A stretch of DNA of 64,000 nucleotides from a virus (taxonomy: Duplodnaviria > Caudoviricetes), in the IMG/VR virus record IMGVR_UViG_3300033074_001364, positions 5,465 to 69,464 of that record; one strand, written 5' to 3'. How positions within the stretch are numbered: the stretch's first letter is position 1; each line of letters starts with the position of its first letter. This document shows positions 38,282 through 45,566 of this stretch, piece by piece. Position numbers and translations under genes: made by a program. The notes beneath the pieces are model-generated. The model had not been told where the DNA came from. It ran no database searches and was given only the letters and a program-made list of their open reading frames with translations.

Positions 38282-38348
38282 GCGGTGTCGTCTGTTGCGC
38301 CAAACCCTACAAATCTGTGAGTTGGCAGCGAACAAGTGACACTGATGT

Positions 38349-38420
38349 TGGCGCCTCCCGAAGGATTCGAACCCTCAATTGCGGCTTAGAACACCGCTAC
38401 CGCTCCTATCGGAGAGAGGC
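38349..38420 (-). tRNA. tRNA-Arg(TCT)
   Basis: Loop GT-TCT-AA, reduced D-arm, CCA. Confidence 0.75.
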
Positions 38421-38428
38421 AGAATGAG

Positions 38429-38506
38429 TGGAGCGGCAGGTGGGATTCGAACCCACGAGAAGCCTGCTTGGAAGGCAGGTGCCATAGGCCGCTAGGCGAC
38501 TACCGC
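38429..38506 (-). tRNA. tRNA-Gly(TCC)
   Basis: Cloverleaf, U73, CCA. Confidence 0.93.
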
Positions 38507-38507
38507 T

Positions 38508-38559
38508 TGGTGGAGCGTCCCCGGACTCTTACCGGATTGGCTAGCATCATGCTCGCCCC
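38508..38559 (-). ncRNA. 52-nt tRNA-like mini-RNA with Ala-type acceptor end
   Basis: GGGGCG/CGCTCC stem with G3-U70, A73, CCA, T-like arm, no anticodon arm. Confidence 0.45.
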
Positions 38560-38563
38560 AAGT

Positions 38564-38641
38564 TGGTACGCTCGGGGTGACTCGAACACCCGACGCGCAG
38601 GTTCGAAGCCTGCCGCTCTGGATCCACTGAGCTACGAGCGT
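38564..38641 (-). tRNA. tRNA-Arg(TCG)
   Basis: Cloverleaf, CCA. Confidence 0.92.
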
Positions 38642-38728
38642 GTGGTCGGTCGGGGACTCACCGCCCTACTGGCGGGCCTCGCCCCTCCCGATTGCGTACG
38701 CGCCCCACGAGGCTAAGGGCAGATGGAA

Positions 38729-38805
38729 TGGTACCGCCTGCCGGATTCGAACCGGCGATCTCCGGGGTGAAAACCCGGCGCCTTGGGCCACTTGGCTAAG
38801 GCGGC
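38729..38805 (-). tRNA. tRNA-Glu(TTC)
   Basis: Cloverleaf, CCA. Confidence 0.92.
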
Positions 38806-38964
38806 ATGTGGGGCAGAGCGGAGTAAGGGAATGCACCGGGCGTATACACCACGGGTCCTACTTCAAGCGATTACCCCAGAGTCGGCGGACGAAGGCCCTT
38901 GCCCGCCAGTCCACGTCTTGGCCTACTACCTAACCTGCGAACAGGGGGTGCCGTGGACCGTAGT

Positions 38965-39039
38965 TGGTGCCCTGACAGGGGGTCGAACCCTGGTCGACGC
39001 CGTGAGAAGGCGCCATCCTGACCACTAGACGATCAAGGC
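38965..39039 (-). tRNA. tRNA-Glu(CTC)
   Basis: Cloverleaf, CCA. Confidence 0.92.
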
Positions 39040-39044
39040 GATGT

Positions 39045-39120
39045 TGGTGAGCCTGGTAGGGATTGAACCTACGACCTTGGGCTTAAGAGGCCCCTGCTGC
39101 TGCCGCTGAGCTACAGGCCC
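39045..39120 (-). tRNA. tRNA-Lys(CTT)
   Basis: Cloverleaf, CCA. Confidence 0.92.
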
Positions 39121-39121
39121 G

Positions 39122-39198
39122 TGGCTGCCACCCAAGGAATCGAACCTCGAAGCACCTGATTCAAAGTCAGGCCGCTGTACCTATTTGCGTAGGTGGCA
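39122..39198 (-). tRNA. tRNA-Gln(TTG)
   Basis: U1-A72, G73, CCA. Confidence 0.92.
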
Positions 39199-39298
39199 AT
39201 GTTCTGTGTCGTATACATACCCTGTGAGAGTATAACGACGTTACACTTCATACGATGTGTAAGCGTTGCTATCACTGACTGCAAGAGATGCTTACAGA

Positions 39299-39383
39299 TG
39301 GTGCCTTAGGTGGGATTCGAACCCACGAACCCAGAGGGGCCACGTTTACAGCGTGGCTGCTTTGGCCGCTTGCATACCTCGGC
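39299..39383 (-). tRNA. tRNA-Tyr(GTA)
   Basis: Long variable arm, CCA. Confidence 0.92.
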
Positions 39384-39449
39384 ACTGTGTAGTCGAGCCC
39401 TTGCAAGAGTTACCCGGACAGTTTGGTCCCGTCCAGTTGCTCGACATGA

Positions 39450-39538
39450 TGGTGGTGTAGGGTCCGGTTCGAACGGATACTCGCACTGTCCTATCAGCTG
39501 GTGACGGCGCTTTCACGCGTACTGTTCGCGTCCCTACA
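39450..39538 (-). ncRNA. Atypical tRNA-like element
   Basis: TGTAGGG/CCCTACA acceptor, TTCGAAC T-loop, D-like hairpin, irregular long central arm, CCACCA end. Confidence 0.5.
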
Positions 39539-39682
39539 TGATGAATAACGATGGGCGCCGTCCTTACCACTTTCACTGGATCACGGTCGCCCACCGGAGA
39601 CTCAGCACCGAGGTCTAACACTTCACCCGAAGGTGGCGGCGTTATAGGGATCCCACGACGCCGCTCTCGATGCCTACATAAA

Positions 39683-39758
39683 TGGTGCCGCCCGCTGGTT
39701 ACGATCCAGCGACCTCCGCGGTTTCAGCGCGGCGCTCTACCAGCTGAGCTAGAGCGGC
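39683..39758 (-). tRNA. tRNA-Phe(GAA)
   Basis: Cloverleaf; T-loop ATCGTAA. Confidence 0.9.
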
Positions 39759-39821
39759 AAGTACGGGGCTGGTGCTAACGAGGCCACTTACTCGGCTCCA
39801 CGATCAGCCGACACCCCTGAT

Positions 39822-39905
39822 TGGCTGGCGCGGGAGGACTTGAACCTCCAAGCCTTACGGCGGCTGGTTAACAGCCAGCTGCGGCTACCATTTCGCCACA
39901 CGCCA
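39822..39905 (-). tRNA. tRNA-Asn(GTT) with long variable arm
   Basis: Loop CT-GTT-AA, G73, variable arm GCC-GTAA-GGC. Confidence 0.85.
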
Positions 39906-39987
39906 ACGCTAATTCCCCAGTTGCCCAGATCCATTACGGAGGACTGCTCCTACTGGTAATCGCCGGACCCGCCACAGTCGGGATAAT

Positions 39988-40064
39988 TGGTAGCCCCCGT
40001 CCGACTCGAACGGACGACCCTCACCATATCAGAGTGATGCTCTAACCAACTGAGCTAGAGGGCT
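39988..40064 (-). tRNA. tRNA-Ile(GAT)
   Basis: Cloverleaf, CCA. Confidence 0.93.
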
Positions 40065-40174
40065 ACGACTGGATACAGCTTCCCGGCGCATCAAGCCGCT
40101 GCCGCGTTATCCCATGACTCTGCGCGCATCCCCACGGGATTAATACCGGGCCACCTACCTCTGCATCCATGATT

Positions 40175-40244
40175 TGGTTGCGGGTTGGGGGTACGATCCC
40201 CACGCCATGAGGTTATGAGCCTCTGGAGGCACCATGCACCCGCG
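40175..40244 (-). tRNA. tRNA-Met(CAT), initiator-like C1:A72
   Basis: 70 nt, reduced D-arm, T-loop ATCGTAC, lacks the three G-C pairs of the initiator anticodon stem. Confidence 0.75.
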
Positions 40245-40631
40245 ATGTTGTGATTCCGCCTACACAATGCAGGATCACAAGCGCTACTTGCTACCCCTGC
40301 ATCACCACTCCAACGCTAGTAGCGAACTAGCAGCCTAACCCCGGCGGAATCGTATGAATCGGATCGGAGTACCACCATTCCGAGGCGCTTCAGGGAGCAG
40401 TGCGCGACCGCTTACGCCGGCTAATAAATAGGTGGTGTTTGCCTGGACACGCGCTTGTTACTGATGCGTTCCCGAAGGACCATCGAGTACGTCGATCCAG
40501 AGCGATGGTTGACATTCCACCGCCGTCCTCCCTCGTCGGCGTCACCCGACTTCCTAACTGCTTCCACCATGGCGAAGATGGCTCCCTCACAGGTTTGATC
40601 TCTGAGGATTCAGTATTCACCACCGTATGAA
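40245..40631 (-). ncRNA. Candidate structured RNA(s) in the longest tRNA spacer
   Basis: Closing helices GGTGGTG/CACCACC and GATTCCGCC/GGCGGAATC plus internal hairpins. Confidence 0.45.
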
Positions 40632-40706
40632 TGGAGCGGGCGCCGGGAGTCGAACCCGAACGTCAACCTTGGCAAGGTTGCAGGCAGACCGTTACATCAC
40701 ACCCGC
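40632..40706 (-). tRNA. tRNA-Gly(GCC)
   Basis: Cloverleaf, U73, CCA. Confidence 0.9.
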
Positions 40707-40805
40707 TAGTGCCGGTTACGGATCCGGCTTGGCTTCTAGCCGGTTCGCGTGTCCGACATCACCAACGTGCTGCCCCCGTCATACCATGACGGAAACAGGA
40801 ATGAT

Positions 40806-40882
40806 TGGCTGCACAGGAACGAGTCGAACGTTCAAGCACCTGCTTCAGAGGCAAGCGGCTCTACCAATTTGCCTACTGTGCA
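40806..40882 (-). tRNA. tRNA-Gln(CTG)
   Basis: U1-A72, G73, CCA. Confidence 0.92.
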
Positions 40883-40902
40883 GCGAGTACAGATTGTTAA
40901 GG

Positions 40903-40991
40903 TGGCGGAGCGAGAGTCGAGTCGAACGCTCAAGGCCCTAGGGCTCGTCCGGGTTCAAACCGGGTGCCGTCGCCAATCGGCTTGCCGCTCC
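40903..40991 (-). tRNA. tRNA-Ser(TGA)
   Basis: Long variable arm, G73, bulged T-stem, CCA. Confidence 0.85.
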
Positions 40992-41009
40992 GTCGAATCA
41001 ATTGAGGCC

Positions 41010-41039
41010 ACTCTACCATACTAGTCAAGTAGTAGTCAC
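41010..41039 (-). promoter_or_regulatory. tRNA-array promoter GTGACT-N18-TAGAGT
   Basis: Motif match 18 nt upstream of the first tRNA. Confidence 0.75.
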
Positions 41040-41692
41040 GGCAGGTAGGCAAGTGGGTTCTGCCAGTACCCGTCGCGCGCGAGCGCGAGGTGCAGATGGC
41101 ACCCGGTCGCATTGCCGGTCATGCCCACGCCAGCGATCGCGACGCCAGCGCTGACGTACGCGCCGACGTTGACGAGCGCGGTCGATAGGTGGTTGTAGCT
41201 CACCAGCAGCCCCTCATCGGTCAGCTGCTCCACCACCAAGCCGCCACCGTTGTTCTTCCAGCCCATCCAGGTGATGACGCCGGATCCCAACGCAGCCACG
41301 GAAGTGCCACAGGGCGCTCCGATGTCGATGGCGGTATGCACCTGAGAGTAGTAGGTGGTGATCCTGCCTGCGACCGGCCACACGCGTACGAATGAGGGCG
41401 GTGGTGGTGGTGTTGCGGTGGGGGCTGCCAACGGTGTCGCATCAGGGTCGATGGCGACTGGCGTTGGGAAGGAGGTGGGTTCGGGGGTCGGAGTCGCGTC
41501 GGCGGTGCGCTGCGATAGCGGCGACCGCGATGCGTCGTTGCGGACGTTCGCTGTGACGATGGAGAGCAGGCGGGGCTCTGGCGGCGGCGCCTGGTCGGCA
41601 GCGAGAACGTTGGCGACGAGGTTGGGGTAGGTCGAGACGCTAACGAGCGCCAGCAAGCCTACGGCAGCAAGATGGGAGAGCCATTTCTTCAT
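41036..41692 (-). CDS. M23 family metallopeptidase with signal peptide and Pro/Thr linker
   Basis: HTAID, YNHL, GNATGCHLH motifs. Confidence 0.9.
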   Translation of the reverse strand: MKKWLSHLAAVGLLALVSVSTYPNLVANVLAADQAPPPEPRLLSIVTANVRNDASRSPLSQRTADATPTPEPTSFPTPVAIDPDATPLAAPTATPPPPPSFVRVWPVAGRITTYYSQVHTAIDIGAPCGTSVAALGSGVITWMGWKNNGGGLVVEQLTDEGLLVSYNHLSTALVNVGAYVSAGVAIAGVGMTGNATGCHLHLALARDGYWQNPLAYLP

Positions 41693-41751
41693 TTTGCCCT
41701 GTGGGTTACAGCGGGGGAAGTGGACGGGACGCCTCCCCCGCCGCCAGGACT

Positions 41752-41781
41752 AGCCTACCACAGTAGCCACGCAGTAGACCT
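41752..41781 (-). promoter_or_regulatory. Variant promoter AGGTCT(ACT)-N18-TAGGCT
   Basis: Same spacing as the motif, degenerate -35. Confidence 0.45.
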
Positions 41782-42490
41782 ACGCGGCGCGAGCGAGAGC
41801 GATTGCTTCGGCAGCGTACGCGGCCTCTAGGACGTACTCGGGGATCGAGGGTAGCTCGCTGTCGAGGCGCGTACCTTTCCACCCGTTGCAGATCGGATGA
41901 GACACCCGCGTATTGGCGTACGAGTGTTCGCCATTTCCAGACAAGGGGATAATGTGTTCTAGGTCCCAATCATCAGGATCGACGGCTAGAGTGCAAATCC
42001 CACACAGCCCTTTGTCGCGTTGCCAGACTACTTGGCGATCGACATCCTCGATCCAGCTGTTTCGCTTGCGAGCGCGACGATTGGCAGCATAACTGAGCAC
42101 CTTGTCCCTGTTCGTTCGCTTCCAGTTCTCATGGTAGTCAGGATTCGCAGATGCCCATTCGATGTTCTTGGTCGGGTTGGCTAGGCGAAACTGACGTCCA
42201 GCCTCCAGGGCGCGTTCGTGATTATCCCAATACCACTTACGTGCCCGCGCTCTCGCTTCATCTCGATGCTCGGCAGCATACTGTCTGCACTTCTCGCGAC
42301 TCGCGTCGATGTCGGCGTAGTAGCGGTCGAGTTGCTTACGTGCTATCACCTCACGATTCGCAGCGTAATACGCTCGCCCGTAATCTGACTTACACGGCTT
42401 ACATCGGTCGTCGTATCCGTCGCGGGATCGAGAGCGTCGATGGAACTCATCAAACGGTTTCTCGATCCCGCACGCATAGCAGCGTTTCAC
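41780..42490 (-). CDS. HNH endonuclease with N-terminal Zn finger
   Basis: CYACG...CKPCK; CGIC...LEHIIPLSGNGEHSYANTRVSHPICNGWK. Confidence 0.9.
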   Translation of the reverse strand: MKRCYACGIEKPFDEFHRRSRSRDGYDDRCKPCKSDYGRAYYAANREVIARKQLDRYYADIDASREKCRQYAAEHRDEARARARKWYWDNHERALEAGRQFRLANPTKNIEWASANPDYHENWKRTNRDKVLSYAANRRARKRNSWIEDVDRQVVWQRDKGLCGICTLAVDPDDWDLEHIIPLSGNGEHSYANTRVSHPICNGWKGTRLDSELPSIPEYVLEAAYAAEAIALARAA

Positions 42491-42498
42491 TGGATGCT

Positions 42499-42528
42499 AG
42501 TATATCGCACTAGACTTCCAGTAGTCAC
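42499..42528 (-). promoter_or_regulatory. Phage promoter motif GTGACT-N18-TATACT
   Basis: Motif match 8 nt upstream of the HNH GTG. Confidence 0.75.
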
Positions 42529-42529
42529 G

Positions 42530-43771
42530 TTACGCAGCGGTGTGCTTGGTCAGAAGCCAGTCGAAGCCTGCCGATCCACGGAACGGCAGAGACTTCCCTA
42601 CTTGCGTGCCAACGCGTACGTCCTTCGAATCGCCGGTGATCGCGCAACCCGAGAGAACGTCGGTTCGCAAAACAGTCAGCGTCTTCGGATCGAGGAACTC
42701 GATCTTGAACTGAATGTCATCCCGCCACCCGTCGATCGGGAAGTCGGTGACGGTGCTGTTCGGATCACCGTCCTGCATCAGCTTCTCCTCAGCGTAATCC
42801 TGGCTGAAGATCGTGATGGTGCCGGTGACTTCGGCAGGAGTCTGTCGCCCTGCGGCGATCTGCTGGGACCCCATACCCACTTCCTGCGTCGGCTGGAAGC
42901 TGACAGTGGCCTCAATCGACTGTACGCCTCGCGTGCGTCGGTCGTTGCCGCTCGCCGTGATGGTGACAGGAATGAAGTAGTAGCCACGGATGGCCGCAGG
43001 AGAGAAGGTGTCCTTGGCGTCGAACGGATCGTCCCACTCCGAAGGAGTGCTGCCAGAACGCTGGTAGGCAGCCATGACGTACGAGCCCGAGGCGATGCCT
43101 GCTGCCGCAGACGAGCTGATCGTCAGCGACGTGCCCGCAACGCTGTAGTCGTCGCCCTCAAGCAGGTAGACGGATGAACCGCTTACCTCTGCGTAGGCGA
43201 GGCTGATCAAGTTGTTGCCTGCGCTAACGCCCTTAGTCAAGGGGACTGGCGTTGCCGACAGCGTGTACGCGGTCTGGCCGCCAGACGTAACCGCTAGGTG
43301 GTCGACCTGAACGAAGCGCTCGAACGCGGTCTTATTGGTGCTCGTTAGGTTGAACGTCTCGGTCGCGCTCGCGTTCGTGCTCGCGGCGAGGCGATACGAA
43401 GCGACAGCGGCCTGCTTGACGTAGACCGACTGGATGAACGAGGTGCGCGCGTCGTTGCGCTGGCGCATCTCCAAGTCCACGTCCTGGTTGCCGAGCATGG
43501 TCAGCAGCGAGGAGTCGGTGAAGGTCGAGCCAGACGGACGGTTAGCGATCTGTGAGATCAGCTTGGCGTTGACGAGGTTCGCCTCGACATCGACCGTGAC
43601 GGTAGGGGTATCGAATGTGGTGCCGACGATAGACTCGTTGCCGAGTTCTCGCTCGTCAGTCGCTGGGCGATCGCCGGTCTTGTTCACACCCTGCGAACGG
43701 CGCGCAGCGCCAGAGGCATACGGGGTGTGGATGATCGGAAGCAGCGCAGCTGGATCCTGGGACAGTCTCAT
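42530..43771 (-). CDS. Major tail protein
   Basis: Ser/Thr-rich, follows neck genes; VTGTITIF segment. Confidence 0.7.
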   Translation of the reverse strand: MRLSQDPAALLPIIHTPYASGAARRSQGVNKTGDRPATDERELGNESIVGTTFDTPTVTVDVEANLVNAKLISQIANRPSGSTFTDSSLLTMLGNQDVDLEMRQRNDARTSFIQSVYVKQAAVASYRLAASTNASATETFNLTSTNKTAFERFVQVDHLAVTSGGQTAYTLSATPVPLTKGVSAGNNLISLAYAEVSGSSVYLLEGDDYSVAGTSLTISSSAAAGIASGSYVMAAYQRSGSTPSEWDDPFDAKDTFSPAAIRGYYFIPVTITASGNDRRTRGVQSIEATVSFQPTQEVGMGSQQIAAGRQTPAEVTGTITIFSQDYAEEKLMQDGDPNSTVTDFPIDGWRDDIQFKIEFLDPKTLTVLRTDVLSGCAITGDSKDVRVGTQVGKSLPFRGSAGFDWLLTKHTAA

Positions 43772-43855
43772 TGGGTTCCTCAGAGGTGGTGGCTGGACGG
43801 GTGCGGGGACGTTTGCGGGACTTTCGCGGGGACGTTTGCGACTGCGACCGCAGCG

Positions 43856-44341
43856 CTATGCGTCGATGCGACGCACGGTGGCTCGTACCACTGATCTCCA
43901 CTTGTCTACGTCAGTCGCAGACGCGGGCATGGGTACGGACCGCCAGCCAACCTCGGGCACGTCGTAGCGCCCGATACTTTCAGGGGATGTCTCGTTGCCG
44001 GTAACGAAGTTGAGGATGCTGACCTGATCGTCACGAAACAGGTTGACGATCTCCTCAGCCAGTTGCACCTTCATCGGCTCGTTCGTGGCAAAGATGTGCA
44101 GCGACACGTCGCGCTGCTTGCCATGACTACCGAGCTCGATGCCAGCGAGGGTGCTGTCGTTGATCTGGACGTAGACGACCGGCGGCTTAATCTCCTCGCC
44201 GATGGGCCACATGCTCGTGGCGTGCTTGACGAGGACCTGGCGTTCAGCGGTCCAGCCATTCGAGGCCAGACCAGACTGTACACAAAGTCTGATCGAGTAC
44301 TGATCAATGAGGGCGGCAGAGAGTGATTGAGGTCCGGGCAT
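43856..44341 (-). CDS. Tail terminator-like protein
   Basis: Position; PPVVYVQI...VSLHIFA. Confidence 0.6.
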   Translation of the reverse strand: MPGPQSLSAALIDQYSIRLCVQSGLASNGWTAERQVLVKHATSMWPIGEEIKPPVVYVQINDSTLAGIELGSHGKQRDVSLHIFATNEPMKVQLAEEIVNLFRDDQVSILNFVTGNETSPESIGRYDVPEVGWRSVPMPASATDVDKWRSVVRATVRRIDA

Positions 44342-44916
44342 TAGATACCACTGAGTAGTCGCTTGAAGGCAGCGAGCATCCGAGGAATCACCCTGCCTGG
44401 TGTCACCGTGTCATCAACGAAAGGATGCGGTGGTGTTGCCGGGTATGCGCCGTCGCCGGCGTACCCGTCGTGGAGCAGTCGCCACTGCGGCGTCTTGTCG
44501 CCCCAAACCTGACGGCGCTCAGCGGCGACCTCGGCACGTAGCGCGGCGTTCGGGTAAACGACGTTGCGCCACACGCCGCGACGGTCGCGGGTGCCTTGGT
44601 GGAACAGGCCGGGCTCATCAGCGATCTTCTCGAAGTCCTCCACCGTCCCCATCCGCTCCTCGCTGAGGATGCCGATGCGGCCTACGCCGGGCGAGGTGAT
44701 GACGAGAGGACCGGGCCGGCTCATGTTTTCGATCAGCTGCGGCAGATCGAACCCGACTTGGTATTCCTCTGCGTCCGTGAGCATCGCGCTAGCGGCAGCG
44801 GATACGTCTGCGATCGTATCGAGTGCGATGTCGGGCAGCATGATCGGCGCCTCCGAGAGGAGCCGGATCGCGTTATCGAGGCGAGCGACGAGGCCCGCTG
44901 CGGTTGCGACTGCCAT
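44341..44916 (-). CDS. Neck/tail completion protein
   Basis: Module position; HPFVDDT end. Confidence 0.55.
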   Translation of the reverse strand: MAVATAAGLVARLDNAIRLLSEAPIMLPDIALDTIADVSAAASAMLTDAEEYQVGFDLPQLIENMSRPGPLVITSPGVGRIGILSEERMGTVEDFEKIADEPGLFHQGTRDRRGVWRNVVYPNAALRAEVAAERRQVWGDKTPQWRLLHDGYAGDGAYPATPPHPFVDDTVTPGRVIPRMLAAFKRLLSGI

Positions 44917-44927
44917 TGAGAGCGCTC

Positions 44928-45134
44928 CTACTCGTGTCGGCTCTCAACCTCGATGCCGGTGATCTGCCGAAGAAGGATTCGCTTGCAGCGGTTCGCACCC
45001 TCGCGAACGATCAGCGAGATGCGTTCGTTCTTGCCACCGAGCTCGGCCTCGATCTCTGACAGCGACCCTGCGATGAATCTGCGCGTATGAGTTTCGAGAA
45101 TGTCTGCGACCGCTAGGGCCAACTGTGGGTCCAA
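44928..45134 (-). CDS. Hypothetical protein
   Basis: 68-aa ORF in the structural operon. Confidence 0.55.
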   Translation of the reverse strand: MDPQLALAVADILETHTRRFIAGSLSEIEAELGGKNERISLIVREGANRCKRILLRQITGIEVESRHE

Positions 45135-45144
45135 CGATTCCTGC

Positions 45145-45558
45145 CTAACTTGATGGTGTCGAGCGCCGCCGATGCAGCGCGAGGATGATTCGATCGTTAC
45201 CGAGGTCGCGCCCGTACTCGCTCAGGATCGAGAAGTCCCAGTCAACGCTTCCGATGCTGACGTACAGAGCGTCGTCCACGAGCGGTCGGTACTTGGTGTG
45301 CAGCTTCAACGAGCATTCGCCAAGGAAGCGATAGCCATTGGCATCTGCATCCCACCGCTGGATCGGGCCTGGCACGAACATCGCGCTGACGGTGCGTGGC
45401 TGTGTAGGGTTCTCATAGCCGGTGCCATCGACGCCGGCGAACAGATCGAAGGCGACGTTGCCCTCGTCGTTATGTCCACCCGATACCGTGATGAGTTGTG
45501 CTGGTGGGGTGGGGACGTGGAAGGTGACTTCGCGCGCCCGTCGAAAGCCGATGGGCAT
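45145..45558 (-). CDS. Head closure protein-like
   Basis: Position in the head-tail module. Confidence 0.55.
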   Translation of the reverse strand: MPIGFRRAREVTFHVPTPPAQLITVSGGHNDEGNVAFDLFAGVDGTGYENPTQPRTVSAMFVPGPIQRWDADANGYRFLGECSLKLHTKYRPLVDDALYVSIGSVDWDFSILSEYGRDLGNDRIILALHRRRSTPSS

Positions 45559-45566
45559 GAATGCTC

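Noticed and set aside
38349-38420. Possible amber suppressor (CTA) reading
   Set aside because: Stem GCGGT/GCCGC fixes the loop as GT-TCT-AA, i.e. Arg
40419-40442. Frame ANTTYLLA resembling a tmRNA tag
   Set aside because: No stop after the Ala (continues GVSGR...), and no tmRNA acceptor or T-arm ends flank it in normal or permuted order
40903-40991. Possible tRNA-Sec
   Set aside because: Anticodon is TGA (Ser), not TCA, and the acceptor has 7 bp
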